This document shows, piece by piece, positions 50,259 through 61,700 of a stretch of 64,000 bases of DNA (its first letter is position 1; every line of letters begins with the position of its first letter). A program made the position numbers and the translations under genes. This DNA is from an uncultured Alcaligenaceae bacterium (GTDB lineage: Bacteria > Planctomycetota > Planctomycetia > Gemmatales > Gemmataceae), in contig CAYRFQ010000011.1 of the NCBI GenBank assembly GCA_964423615.1, forward strand, positions 84,548 to 148,547, read 5' to 3'. The notes beneath the pieces are model-generated. The model was not told the origin of the DNA, did no database searches, and saw only the letters and a program-made list of their open reading frames with translations.

Positions 50259-52037
50259 TTAGTTCGCACTTCCTTTCCGCGTAAACATCAACAGCCGGAA
50301 GTCCATCGCCTGCGAACCTGGAATCTCGGTGGCTCGCAAAATGAGTTTTCCGCGACCTCGCTTCAAGCGGATCGTTCCAAGGCTCATGGGTTTGAAGTCT
50401 TTGACGTAGGCTTCTATTCGCTTCACGCGGTCGTTTTCGGCTCCTCGTAAGGGCGGGTCGTGGGGCTTGGTGATTTTGGCGGTGACGTGGGCTTGACCAA
50501 GGCTCAATTTGATCTTTAAGCCGACGTCGGCCTTCGGGCAGGTATAGTACAGTTCGACGTCGTACTCTCCATTCGCTCCGACTTCGACGTCCCAGGTGAT
50601 CTTGTCTTTGGTGCTCTTCCAGTTCGTGAAGAACGAACAATTTGGAAACCGGTTCGATCGCTTGATCTTGCCGAACGCCTCGCCATCACGGGCTGGGAGT
50701 TGAGTGTACTGGTACTTCGGGTGGCCGATCAAAAACGGTCGTTGGCTTTTTTGATAATCGGCAAGGACATCTTTGCGCCAGGCGGCGGCCGCATTCTGCA
50801 ATTTCTTTACGATCTGAGGATTCTGTTTGGCAATGTTTTTGTCCTGGCCCGGATCAGCCTTCATGTCGAAGAGATTGCCATTGTTGTCGAGGCGATATTG
50901 TTGGGTCCGGACGCTCACCCGCCCGCGCCAATGGGAGAAGATCATTCTGTCTGGCCACTCACAACAGGCACCGGTGAGTAATGGCTTGAGGCTCATGCCA
51001 TCGAGCGGTTTTCTGGCCTGGAACTTGACGTCGGCGAGGTCCGCAATCGTGGGCAACAGGTCGATGGCTCCCGCGATCGGAACAATCGTTCTGCCCCCTT
51101 TGATTCCGTCGGGCCAACGAATGAGGAGGGGAGAGCGTACGCCGCCTTCGTCGGTTGAGCCTTTGCGACCTTTCATTCCGCCGTTCCACCGGCGTCCATT
51201 CGGTCCGTTGTCACAGAAGAAAATGACAATCGTGTTGTCGGCGATGCCCAGGTCTTGTAATTTCTGAAGAATCCGACCAACGTTCCAGTCGATGTTTTCA
51301 CACATGGCGAGGGCCGCGCGGGTATGCCCAAGGTTTTCCCTTCGTGCCTCGCGGTGACGCATCTTGAGTGGGTCATTCTTGAATTTTTCCCACCAACGAT
51401 CAGGGACTTGCATTGGCGAATGTGGTGTGTTGTAGGGGATGTAGGCGAAGAACGGCCGTTTCTTGTTTTTGGTCATAAACTCCATTGCTTTATTTGTGAG
51501 ATCGTCGACGAGGAACCCTTTTCCCTTCACGATCTTGCCGTTGCGTTCCAACATCGGACTGAAATAGTTGCCCCAGTGGCCCGAGCAAAACCCATAATAC
51601 TCGTCGAATCCCCGTCCGTTGGGGTGATACGGGAACTGCATCCCGTTATGCCATTTGCCGAACGCTCCAGTGATGTATCCAGCGGCCTTCAGGACCTCAG
51701 CGATCGTCATTTCATCGAGGTCGAGACGTTCGCCACCAGCCGAAGTGCTGTAGACGTCTCCACGTGGATGATAGCGTCCTGTCAAGAACTCGGCCCGTGT
51801 CGGTGAACAGACAGGGCACACGTAAAAGCGATCAAACTGGACGCCATTCTTGGCGAGCGAGTCGATGTTGGGGGTGCTGAGATTTTTGTTGCCGTTGAGA
51901 CTCAAGTCTCCCCATCCTTGGTCGTCGGTCAGGATGACCACTATGTTGGGTCGGGAAGAAGCCGAAACGAACGGCGTCAATGATACCCACGTGACACAGG
52001 CCACAACGAACGTAGAAACAAGTCGGAGAGTTCTCAT
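50259..52037 (-). CDS. Arylsulfatase (formylglycine-dependent sulfatase) with C-terminal extra domain
   Basis: A signal peptide ([20 protein letters not shown]) is followed by the sulfatase signature [15 protein letters not shown] and [11 protein letters not shown]. The Met-111 start was verified at nt 52037. The upstream 110 codons are rejected. The C-terminal ~200 aa lie beyond the catalytic domain. Confidence 0.85.
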   Translation of the reverse strand: MRTLRLVSTFVVACVTWVSLTPFVSASSRPNIVVILTDDQGWGDLSLNGNKNLSTPNIDSLAKNGVQFDRFYVCPVCSPTRAEFLTGRYHPRGDVYSTSAGGERLDLDEMTIAEVLKAAGYITGAFGKWHNGMQFPYHPNGRGFDEYYGFCSGHWGNYFSPMLERNGKIVKGKGFLVDDLTNKAMEFMTKNKKRPFFAYIPYNTPHSPMQVPDRWWEKFKNDPLKMRHREARRENLGHTRAALAMCENIDWNVGRILQKLQDLGIADNTIVIFFCDNGPNGRRWNGGMKGRKGSTDEGGVRSPLLIRWPDGIKGGRTIVPIAGAIDLLPTIADLADVKFQARKPLDGMSLKPLLTGACCEWPDRMIFSHWRGRVSVRTQQYRLDNNGNLFDMKADPGQDKNIAKQNPQIVKKLQNAAAAWRKDVLADYQKSQRPFLIGHPKYQYTQLPARDGEAFGKIKRSNRFPNCSFFTNWKSTKDKITWDVEVGANGEYDVELYYTCPKADVGLKIKLSLGQAHVTAKITKPHDPPLRGAENDRVKRIEAYVKDFKPMSLGTIRLKRGRGKLILRATEIPGSQAMDFRLLMFTRKGSAN

Positions 52038-52426
52038 CGCAAACCTTCTCAAAGGGATTCCAGAATTGCAAAGGACGTCCTGGTTCGGTTTTAGTCCGAG
52101 TCTCGCAATGTCGACTAAAAATCCTTTTCTGCGATTACGAGGACAGAAAGGCAAGGGAAAAGTCCGAACGGGAGTCTGGTTTACTGGAAACTGCGTCTGA
52201 GGAACCAGAGCTGCGGGTACACTGGAAGGACGGAATCGTCGTCGTTTTTTACGATTGGGTTGGTAGGTACACACGAGAGACGTGAACCTACGATTCCAAA
52301 ATCGAGAGAAGCCGTGTGTCCTGGACTCGTGTGGTCGGAATTGATCTCGTTCGATATGGTAAATCAAATATCATCTTCGGCCAAAGCCCGCCGGAAGTTC
52401 AGAGATAGATAGATCGAGGATACCTT

Positions 52427-54463
52427 ATGACAGCACCCCAAAAAGAACAACGACCGCCTTCCGGCAATCGCCGCCGTCCGGAGGCGATGCCCGGTGGTGC
52501 GCTGTGGGTTTTGATCTTGGTGCTTGTCCTGTTGGTGTTGGGATTGCTCTTTTGGCGAACGACCGGCCTCGTGGACTACAAGTCGGAGTTCATTGATCTG
52601 CTCGTGGTAAAGGGTTACGAGGCGGCTCAGGCCGAAGCAAAAAAGGAAGACAAGAAGCCCAACGCGATCCCGAACGCCTTCATCGAAGAACTCGAAATCA
52701 TTGGACGACGCGTTCAGGGGCAGTTGACACAACCAGCAGAAGAGCTGGCGTTGCCCGAAACACTCCAGGAAAAAATTCCTCAGAAGACTTTCGTCGTTTG
52801 GGTTCCTGACTCCGAAATCCAGAATGGTGCGTTGACGAGTAAGCTCGACAAGTATGGGGTGAACTACCGCAGCCGTCAGGAACAATGGAATTGGGGTGCA
52901 ACGCTCGTTTTGTTTTTGTTGCCCACGGCTCTGCTCATCGGTCTGTTCGTGTTGTTCGTGTTGCCGCGTTTTCGAGACCCATTGGGTGGTGGTTTCCTCT
53001 CGAGCTACATCAAAAGTCCAGCACGCCGCTACGAGAAAACCAAGGGTCGCGTGACGTTCGACGACGTCGCCGACATGGAATACGCCAAGAGTGAACTGCA
53101 GGAAATCGTCGAATACCTCAAGACGCCGGAGAAGTTCCAGAGGCTTGGGGCCCAAGTTCCGAAGGGCGTTCTGCTGATTGGTCCTCCGGGGACGGGGAAG
53201 ACACTTCTCGCGCGGGCCACCGCTGGTGAGGCGGGTGTGCCGTTCTTCAGCATCAGTGGTTCGGAGTTCATCCAGATGTTTGTGGGGGTCGGGGCGAGCC
53301 GAGTGAGGGACTTGTTCAAAACGGCCAAGGACACGGCCCCGTGTTTGATCTTCATCGACGAGATCGATGCCGTCGGGCGAATGCGAGGCGCAGGCGTGGG
53401 TGGTGGGTCAGACGAACGCGAGCAAACCCTCAATCAAATCTTGAGTGAAATGGATGGGTTTCAGCCGAACGAATCGATCATCGTACTTGCCGCCACGAAT
53501 CGCCCGGACGTTCTCGACTCCGCCCTTCTTCGTCCTGGTCGTTTTGACCGACACGTTACGATCGACCGGCCGACCTGGCAAGGCCGCAAGCAAATCCTTG
53601 AGGTCCACACACGCAACAAGCCCCTCGACGAAGGCGTCGACCTTGAGCAGATCGCCCGAACGATGATCGGAATGACCGGCGCCGACCTGCGTAATCTGTG
53701 CAATGAGGCCGCACTTTTGGCCACGCGAGAAGGCAAGCACCGCATCGGTCGTGTCGATTTCGAACACGCGGCGGATCGGGTGTTAATGGGCCCGAAGCGA
53801 GAAGAAGTGCTGACGACCGAAGGCAAGCAACGCACGGCCTATCACGAAGCGGGACACGCTCTCGTAGGGTGGCTCGAACCGGAATGCGACCCGCCGTTGA
53901 AGATTTCGATTGTGCCACGTGGTCGGGCGCTGGGCGTCGTCTTCAGTCTTCCGGAAGAGGAACGGTTTCACCACGGGCTCGACTACTTCAAGGCCCGTTT
54001 GGCCCAGGTCATGGGTGGCCGGGCGGCCGACCGACTCATCTATGGCCAAGCCTTCTCGGGCCACGAAGACGACCTGAAGCAAGCCACCAAGATTGCCCGC
54101 TACATGGTGACGCACTGGGGGATGAGCGACCGACTCGGACCGATGGCCTTTCGGATCGGCGAAGAGCACGTATTCCTCGGCAAAGAAATCCAGGAGGCAC
54201 GCGACTTCAGCGAGTCCACCGCTGCCGTGATCGACGAAGAAATCCAGAAACTCCTCCGGGAAGCCGACGAACGGGCCGAGCAACTGCTTGCATCGCACCG
54301 AGATTTGCTCGATAAACTTGTCGAAGCTTTGCTCGACCAAGAAGAACTCTATCGCGAGCAGATCAAAGATATCCTTGGCCCCAACACCACATCGAACGTC
54401 GAGAAAAACGGGCAGAAGGAAGAAACGACATCGCCCCAACCGAGTAGTTCGGAAAACGAGTGA
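52427..54463 (+). CDS. ftsH: ATP-dependent zinc metalloprotease FtsH
   Basis: Two TM helices are followed by the AAA Walker A motif (GPPGTGKT), Walker B (IIFIDEID), SRH, and the HEAGHAL zinc site. Confidence 0.95.
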   Translation: MTAPQKEQRPPSGNRRRPEAMPGGALWVLILVLVLLVLGLLFWRTTGLVDYKSEFIDLLVVKGYEAAQAEAKKEDKKPNAIPNAFIEELEIIGRRVQGQLTQPAEELALPETLQEKIPQKTFVVWVPDSEIQNGALTSKLDKYGVNYRSRQEQWNWGATLVLFLLPTALLIGLFVLFVLPRFRDPLGGGFLSSYIKSPARRYEKTKGRVTFDDVADMEYAKSELQEIVEYLKTPEKFQRLGAQVPKGVLLIGPPGTGKTLLARATAGEAGVPFFSISGSEFIQMFVGVGASRVRDLFKTAKDTAPCLIFIDEIDAVGRMRGAGVGGGSDEREQTLNQILSEMDGFQPNESIIVLAATNRPDVLDSALLRPGRFDRHVTIDRPTWQGRKQILEVHTRNKPLDEGVDLEQIARTMIGMTGADLRNLCNEAALLATREGKHRIGRVDFEHAADRVLMGPKREEVLTTEGKQRTAYHEAGHALVGWLEPECDPPLKISIVPRGRALGVVFSLPEEERFHHGLDYFKARLAQVMGGRAADRLIYGQAFSGHEDDLKQATKIARYMVTHWGMSDRLGPMAFRIGEEHVFLGKEIQEARDFSESTAAVIDEEIQKLLREADERAEQLLASHRDLLDKLVEALLDQEELYREQIKDILGPNTTSNVEKNGQKEETTSPQPSSSENE

Positions 54464-54664
54464 CAGCTTTTAGAGCGGTTTGGGGTTTTGTGAGATACGG
54501 TGGGCAGTCTCTCGAGGTACTTAGCCCAGCGCATTTCCTGCTTCGCTCGGTTCAGGCTTCTCGAGGTAAGACCACTTCGTGATCCTTCCGGTTCCGTTAC
54601 GTTCTCCGCTTCACTCGCTATGATTCCCGCTTCGCTCGGGTTTGGGGCCTTTTTTCCGCAAGGA

Positions 54665-54800
54665 TGGACGGATCAGTAAGTGTCGTGTTTGTTCTGGCTC
54701 TTTGGGTTTCGTGGGTTTGAACACACGGCTAAGATCTCTCGCTTCGAAAGAGCTTACAAACGAAAACACGACACTTGTTTATCCGACTACCCAAGCGGGG
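54665..54800 (+). repeat. Intergenic structured repeat element, copy C
   Basis: The 5' arm is TGGACGGATCAgtaAGTGTCGTGTTTGTTCTGGCTCTTTGGGTTTCGTGGGTTT. The 3' arm is ACAAACGAAAACACGACACTTGTTTATCCGACTACCCAAGCG. The 5' GTGTCGTGTTTG pairs with the 3' AAACACGACAC. Confidence 0.7.
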
Positions 54801-54965
54801 AGAGGAACTTTGAATCCGAAAAAATTGTCCCCGATACAAGCGGGAACCGCTCAAACGTTTACTTCTTCCGACAGGAGCGGAGAAGCTCCTCTTCCGACTT
54901 CATTCTGCTCGTAAAATAATGCGAATAGGATTCGATCAACGCCACCACCATAGCGGGGTCCCTTC

Positions 54966-57428
54966 ATGTCATCCGCCAATTCGTCGAAAATGTATTTGCT
55001 ATCCGGCAACGGTAGTACCGCCGGGTGGTGGCGTGATGCGTTGCCGCATTTCCAACGACTCGAGCCGATTCCGTTAGAACTTCCTGGGTTCGGTGATAAT
55101 CCAGATACCCGATTCCACAGCCTGGACGAATTGGCCGAAGCACTTATCGAGATGACTAAGCCGGGCCACCAGATTTTCGTGGTCGGCGTGAACGGGCTCG
55201 TTGTTTTGCACGCGTTGGTTCGTGCTCCGCGACATTTCGACCGTGTCATTCTGCTGGCACCCGTCGGGGCCTTTCTGTGGGAACGCAACTTCGTCAAAGT
55301 GATGAAGCTCAAGCCGTTTCGGAAACTGATCCACTGGATTCTTCGCACAAACCCCAAATTCTTTCGCCGCAAGTTCACCCAACAACAGTGGCCCGACGAA
55401 ACTTACGAACGTCTTGCCGAGGGCTACCGGAAGTGCCGCGCGTTCCAGCCGTATTTTGATATCGTTCAAGCTCATTCGGCGCTCAATTTGTTCGAGTGGA
55501 TCACCACACCAGTAGACTTGGTCTGGGGAACGAAAGATGGCGTGCTCGGGGTGGAACAGGCTGCGGCGTGGGACTCGATCCTGCCACGCGCTCCTTTGAC
55601 GATTACGATCCGCGAGGATTGGGGGCACTACCCTTATCTCGATGATCCAGCTGCCTTTGTTCACGATTTGGAATCGTTCCAGGGTGAGTTTCCAGCCCAC
55701 ACCAAGGCTGGTCGATTGAAACTTGCCAAACTGGCTGGGCTTCCCGTACCCAAGCAAACTTTCGTTGCCAACGTTGATGAATTGGAATCGGCCCTTGCCG
55801 ACTTTTCCCAAGATCAAGTTTACGCTGTTCGTTCGTCGGGGGTCGGGGAAGACCACATCGAGCATTCTCACGCCGGTCAGAACGAGACATTCCTTCGCGT
55901 GCCGTCTGCTGACATACACGAGAAAGTCCGCCTGTTGCTTGAAGAGCACGAATTGGCTTCAGCAGTCGTTCAGCAATTCATTGAACCTCGAGTTTCGGGT
56001 GTTGCCTTTTGCCGGTGGATGTCGCTGGAGATTGAGTACGTTTCCGGCCACCTGGAAGAATACATCAGTGGGAAGGCGACGCCGCACCGCGCGATCCTGT
56101 CGAAGATGCCGGGGGACTGGACGTTAGGTCCGCAGCCGTTGCCTCAGGAGCCAACTTTTTCCTTCACCGAACTGGGGAAATTCCTACGTCGGTGCCTTAA
56201 GGCCTTTCACTATCATCCGTCAGACATCGAGTGGGCGTGGGACGGCAGAGACTTTTACCTCCTTCAGCTACGACCAATCACGCAGTACGATTGGCGACGC
56301 TGCCTGACTTCGGCCAACCTGGACGAGTTGTTACCTCCACGAGTCAGCCGCGTCATGGAGCAAGGGCAGCGGCATGCTTCGCTTTCGATCAGTCGAATCT
56401 ACGCTTTGTGGGACCCCTGCGTTCTGAATGATCACGAGCCCTTCACGACGACGAGCAACGATGCCTCCTACATCAATGCCGACTTGTTTCTCTCTCGCAT
56501 GTTCGACTGGGGTTTACCGAGTAGCTTGCTGGCGAAAGAGATTGGCGGGGCGGTTCCGCGGTTTTCGTTCAACTTTTTTCGATTCGTCCGAAGCTTGCCG
56601 ATCCTTTTGAAGATGCAACGAGTGGTACGGCGAGAGATTCAAAAGGTTGAGCAAGGACTCCTCCAGTTCGAACAGGAGTTAACCCAACTTGAGCAGCGAG
56701 AATGGACCAGTTCTGCCCTTCGAGACGAAGCTCTCGTCAACTGGTTTGTACGATACTATGCGTTTATCGTCCGGTCGAACATGATCATTAATGCATGTTT
56801 GACGACGTCTGGGGGAAATTTCCTGGGGCGGCCTCGAACCGTCTATCGGGACATGGAAGGCGGTAAATCGCTCCATCGTCTGGAGTTCGAAAGTGATCCG
56901 GCCACACCGCGGGAGAAAGGGGAAGCTCCACCTTTGCAACCATTTCCCAAATGGGGTTTTTGGACGCGGCTTGGGAACTGGTTAGGCGTTCCGGGGTTGG
57001 GAGGTCGGTATTTCGAAGTGCGAGAGTGGTTCCGCGATAACAATATGCGTTTGTTCTTCCGATTGCATCATGCACTTCAGGGAAGCGAATGGTTGCAGCC
57101 CATTTCTGGTACCCGTGATCGCAGCGGAACCTTCTGGCAATCCGGGGGGGAAACACTGCAACAAGATTTTTCGTTCGTGATCTACCCTGGGAAAGTCACT
57201 GGGACGGTCGGAGAGGACATCTTGATCGTCGATGCACTCGAACCGGGGCACTACGAACGCTACAAGGAAGCTAAAGCCGTGGTCGCCCGCACGGGAGGGC
57301 GGTTATCTCACGGAGCAACGTTGCTCCGTGAACTGCGTAAACCATCAGCGGTGTTGCAAGAATTGCCTGCTGGGTTGGAAGTGGGACGAGAAGCGGTTTA
57401 CGACAATGGACGGCTAACAGGGAAATGA
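54966..57428 (+). CDS. Fusion protein: N-terminal α/β-hydrolase-fold-like domain + PEP-utilising enzyme (PEP synthase / rifampin-phosphotransferase-like) ATP-grasp and mobile phosphohistidine domains
   Basis: The N-terminal ~240 aa are α/β-hydrolase-like. The central region matches the PPDK_N/PEP-synthase nucleotide-binding domain (VYAVRSSGVGEDHIEHSHAGQNETFL...VVQQFIEPRVSGVAF...DIEWAWDGRDFYLLQLRPIT). The C-terminus is the mobile His domain (VVARTGGRLSHGATLLRELRKPSAV). Confidence 0.7.
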   Translation: MSSANSSKMYLLSGNGSTAGWWRDALPHFQRLEPIPLELPGFGDNPDTRFHSLDELAEALIEMTKPGHQIFVVGVNGLVVLHALVRAPRHFDRVILLAPVGAFLWERNFVKVMKLKPFRKLIHWILRTNPKFFRRKFTQQQWPDETYERLAEGYRKCRAFQPYFDIVQAHSALNLFEWITTPVDLVWGTKDGVLGVEQAAAWDSILPRAPLTITIREDWGHYPYLDDPAAFVHDLESFQGEFPAHTKAGRLKLAKLAGLPVPKQTFVANVDELESALADFSQDQVYAVRSSGVGEDHIEHSHAGQNETFLRVPSADIHEKVRLLLEEHELASAVVQQFIEPRVSGVAFCRWMSLEIEYVSGHLEEYISGKATPHRAILSKMPGDWTLGPQPLPQEPTFSFTELGKFLRRCLKAFHYHPSDIEWAWDGRDFYLLQLRPITQYDWRRCLTSANLDELLPPRVSRVMEQGQRHASLSISRIYALWDPCVLNDHEPFTTTSNDASYINADLFLSRMFDWGLPSSLLAKEIGGAVPRFSFNFFRFVRSLPILLKMQRVVRREIQKVEQGLLQFEQELTQLEQREWTSSALRDEALVNWFVRYYAFIVRSNMIINACLTTSGGNFLGRPRTVYRDMEGGKSLHRLEFESDPATPREKGEAPPLQPFPKWGFWTRLGNWLGVPGLGGRYFEVREWFRDNNMRLFFRLHHALQGSEWLQPISGTRDRSGTFWQSGGETLQQDFSFVIYPGKVTGTVGEDILIVDALEPGHYERYKEAKAVVARTGGRLSHGATLLRELRKPSAVLQELPAGLEVGREAVYDNGRLTGK

Positions 57429-57434
57429 ATTGGC

Positions 57435-57848
57435 TTACCTGTTGTGTTTTGGTCGGTACGAGGCACAACAATTTGGCGTTTCCCACAAAACCACTTCGAC
57501 GACGTCCAGACCGAATTCACAAGCCTTGTCGTAGATGAGTTTGGCAATGTTTTCGGCCGTCGGATTCGAATCCATCACGAAAATGGGTTCGTCGTGTTGT
57601 TTCAGGACGGGCACGAGAGGATCATCCTGGCTCAACAAGAGCTTGTGGTCAAGATGATCATCGATCCATTGGCGAATCGTTTGTTTTAAATCTCCAAAGT
57701 CGACCACCATTCCGAGTTCGTCGAGTTCGGGCGAGGTGACCGTCACGACAGCCCGACCGTTGTGTCCGTGCAGATAGCGACACTTGCCCGCGTGGCCAAG
57801 CAAGCGATGCCCATAACAAAAATGAATCTCCCGAGTGACGGCAAACAT
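57435..57848 (-). CDS. queD: 6-carboxy-5,6,7,8-tetrahydropterin synthase / 6-pyruvoyl-tetrahydropterin synthase family
   Basis: The zinc/catalytic motif FCYGHRLLGHAGKCRYLHGH (CxxxHGH) is present. The start is trimmed to MFAVTREIHF (nt 57848). Confidence 0.8.
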   Translation of the reverse strand: MFAVTREIHFCYGHRLLGHAGKCRYLHGHNGRAVVTVTSPELDELGMVVDFGDLKQTIRQWIDDHLDHKLLLSQDDPLVPVLKQHDEPIFVMDSNPTAENIAKLIYDKACEFGLDVVEVVLWETPNCCASYRPKHNR

Positions 57849-58763
57849 TCGATTTCCTTTTCCTTGCCAATTTAAGCGGGTTGCGAATGGGTGTCGCGTC
57901 TGTGAGCTTGTGTCGGGTAGGATAGGAAACTTGCGACTATTACCCACCACAAAGTTCCATGGTATGCCTACGCTTCGTTGCGGCCTCGCTTGTCAAACCC
58001 GACGGCAAAACTCGAACCGATTCTGATCGCTACATTCATTTGCAATCCGCTCCAATGCGCTCGTATGCTATCGACCCGACGAAAGAGTGACAAGAGGACT
58101 CTGACTCGCCCAGACCTAAGAAGTAAGGTCTTGAGGGATTACAAAATCCTCAGGGATTCGTTGCATCAAAACAACTGAGGCATCCATGAACAAAAGCCAA
58201 TGAAGTTTTCAGAGAACTGGGATTGATTCTGTGTAGGCAGCCAGTGTGGGAATTGGGGAAAACTGTTTCCGAGCCAGACCTGGATGAGAACGGCTAACGC
58301 TTGTGTCGACTACAACTGACGTGGCCAAGGGAGGTACGAGTCGGGAAAACAATGGCCTTAACGGAGCTATCTTGGGACATTAGCGGACCAATTACAGGCT
58401 CGATTGGGTAGAGCTGTTAACATAACGTTGTCAGTCCACGGCGGCCTGCAACACCGAGGATAGGCCGACCGCAGAACGATGCTATGTCCAAAACGATCTG
58501 GCAGGTGACCTGGAAAGTCAAGTTGCCGTGTCAGGAGTCGAGACATCCAGTCTTGGCCAAGACTTGCACAACGTTTTGGGCCAGGATATGCTCTTGCAGA
58601 AGAGATAGTCGATCGAGCTTTTCCGGAAAAGCTTGGGCTGTCCTCGGGGTCTGGCTCTTTTGGCTTCTTTTACGCTTGCTCTGGTTGTTGGTTTGTGGGC
58701 AACCTCTGAGTTACCGAGGCCCCTGACTTTCGCTTCCTTCAACGTAATTGGTTTTGATACCCC

Positions 58764-61700
58764 ATGCATCGCGAGATTTCGCACATTGATGAAGTGTTCC
58801 ACCCCGAACACAACTACACGCTTTACCTCATGACGATCGTCATGGGTCTGCTGATCGGTGCGGACTTGTGGTTGATGTTTGCCGGTTGGCCCGTCGGGTG
58901 GACGAACACGGTTTCGCTCGGGCCGTTGTTGGGCGAATGGCGGATTGGATTGATCGCGGCGTTGTTGGGCGCGGCTCGAATCCTCTACACGTCGCTCGAA
59001 TCGCTTTCCGAGGGTCGCCTTGGGGCCGACATCGCCTTGGGGATTGCGTGCATCGCAGCGATCCTCCTTGGTGAACCGCTTGTGGCTGCCGAGATTGTCT
59101 TCATTGGTTTGTTCGGGGAGTGCCTCGAAAGTTTCACTTTCGAACGGACGCAGACCGCGATTCGACAACTGGTCGAAATTCAACCACGTCGGTGTTGGTT
59201 GCTCAAAGATGGTCAGGAAGTCCGTGTCTTCACCGACCAAATTGAAGTAGGCGACAAGGTGGTCGTCAAGCCGGGTGCGAGGATTCCCGCCGATGGCAAA
59301 GTCGTCGAGGGGCAATCCGCCGTCGACGCGAGCACCATCACTGGTGAATCGCTTCCGGTCGACAAGGGGCCTGGAGATCAAGTCCTGGCGGGTTCACTCA
59401 ATCAATTTGGAGCCCTCACGATCGACTGCGAACGGGTGTCGGACCAGACCGTTATCGGGCGAGTCGTCAAGCTCACTTCGGAAGCCCTCAAGAACAAAGC
59501 TGGTATCGAACGGCTGGCCGATCAGATGGCGAGGTACTTCTTGCCGGTCGTGTTGGGACTGGCGTTGCTCACGTTTTTCGGCGGCCTTGTGTACTACGGA
59601 ACGACGTGGTTTCGCGGTGCCGAAGCGGCAACGATCGACTGGAAAGTGACTTTCCGGATGGCGACGTATCCATCCCTGGCGGTATTGGTGGTTGCGTGTC
59701 CGTGTGGTTTGATCCTGGCGACCCCCGCGGCCGTCATCGCAGCCTTGGGGAGACTCGCCGGAACGGGCGTCTTGCTCAAGAGTGGTGGTGCGCTCGAACG
59801 CTTGGCGACGGTTTCGGGCTTTGCGTTCGACAAGACCGGAACGTTGACCGAGGGCAAACTCCATCTGGGCGATGTCGTTGGTCTCCACGGAACCGAAGAG
59901 AACCAACTGCTCTGGCTCGCAGCGACTGCCGAACAGAGAAGCGAACACCCGATCGCCCAAGTCATCCTGACGGAAGCCAAGAATCGCAACATTAGTTTCA
60001 CGGAAATTCAAGACTTCCAGGCCCATCCCGGTGCTGGAGTTTCGGCACGAACGTCCGAAGGCGACCTGGTGGTCGGTAACCGACGATTGATGGAGGACCG
60101 AGGAATCCACATCGGTCCGGAAGTCGAAGAGGCCCTCGAGAAGTTCGACGAAACCGGACAAACGACGCTCTTGGTGGCGCAAGACAATCAGATTCGTGGG
60201 GTCATTGGAGCTCGGGATGAACTGCGGGACGATGCGTTTTCGGTCCTCCAACAACTCCGTGAACTGGGCATTCTTGATTTGGCGTTGTTGACAGGGGATC
60301 GGAAGGCTGTTGCCAACACGATAGCCACTCGTCTCGAAATCGCCAACGTTCATGCTGAGGTGTTGCCCGCCCAAAAAGCGGAGATCGTTGGCCAGATGAA
60401 GCGATCGGCTGAGGAGCGGGTCAAAAGCCAGGCGGAAACGAAGAAGCTCTTTGCGGCTCCTGCTGAGGGGCGTGTCGCGATGGTTGGCGACGGAATCAAC
60501 GATGCTCCGGCTCTTGCGACGGCGGACGTGGGGTTGGCCATCGGTAGCGGGACGGATGTTGCTGCCGAAGCGGGCGACATCGTTTTCATGGGCGATCCAC
60601 TCAAGCCCTTGCCGTTGTTGGTGAAGCTATCGCGAGAGACCGTCTCGATCATCCGACAGAACATCCTCATTTTTGCGTTCGCGGTGAACCTTGTAGGGAT
60701 TGTGGTGACGGCGTGGTTGTGGCCGATACTGTGGCCGCTCTTTAAAGAGCTCGTTGGGTGGCAAGATTGGGAGGTGGAGTCGACGACGAGTGGTGTCATC
60801 GCGGCCGTAGTCTATCACCAATTCGGGTCGTTTGCCGTCCTGGTCAACTCGATGCGTCTGTTGTGGTTCGAACGAACTGGAGAAGGAACCGTTATTGGTC
60901 GGATTCGTTCGGGCTTCCAAGGCGTCGACCAATGGATCGAAAAGTATCTGAATGTTGGGGAAGCGATACACATCATTGCCCACCAGTGGAGGATTACCCT
61001 TCTCTGCGTGGGACTTTTGTCGGTTGGCGTGTATTTCCTGAGTGGGTTTACGCAAATCAATGCGGACGAAATCGGCATTGCCCAACGGTTCGGAAAAGTC
61101 GTGGACGAACTCAAGCCAGGATTACATTATCGTTGGCCGTGGCCAATCGAATCGGTGGCTCGCATTAAGCCCGACGCCATTCGGACTGTCACTTTGGGTT
61201 ATCGCGTGACGGACGAGAAGGGGACTCCGAAAAGTTTCTCCTGGAGTGCCAAGCACGCCGAACAGCAGCGGATTCCGGAGGAGTCGCAAACCATAACTGG
61301 GGATGGGTATTTCATAGAACTCCAAGTTGCCTTGCACTATCGGGTGAGCGATCCGAAGAGCTTTCTGTTCGAGGTTCGCGACCCGGAAGAAGTTATCCGA
61401 GCGGCTTTGGAAGCGACCCTGCGAGAAATCGCCTTGCAAAAGTCGGTTCCACAAATGTTGACCGAGCAGCGTGAAAAACTGGAGGAGCAAGCTCTCGCTG
61501 AGGTCACCCGGCGTTGCCTCGCTTACGGTCCGAGCGGGGTCGGTGTGGAGTTCGAGAGTCTTGCGTTGCGGGACTTACACCCACCTCCGGAAGTCGTTCC
61601 AGCATACATCAAACTTTCCAAGACGCTCGAAATCAACGAGAAGAAGATGATTCGGGCGAAGACCGAAAGTCAGCGAGCCATCGCACAAGCCCAAGCGGAC

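Noticed and set aside
50259-52367. A full 702-aa reading of the sulfatase ORF
   Set aside because: The first 110 codons (R/P-rich) precede an obvious signal peptide at Met-111. The sulfatase start was placed at 52037.
53783-54439. A 218-aa minus-strand ORF and other antisense ORFs inside ftsH
   Set aside because: They are antisense to the highly conserved ftsH, with no motifs.
54530-54660. Short direct sub-repeats (GCTTCGCTCGG ×2-3) and a T-tract after ftsH as a rho-independent terminator
   Set aside because: The stem is weak (CCCG/CGGG) and the T-tract modest. It is mentioned only as context upstream of repeat copy C.
58518-59381. A 287-aa minus-strand ORF
   Set aside because: It is antisense within the P-type ATPase coding region and has no recognisable domains.
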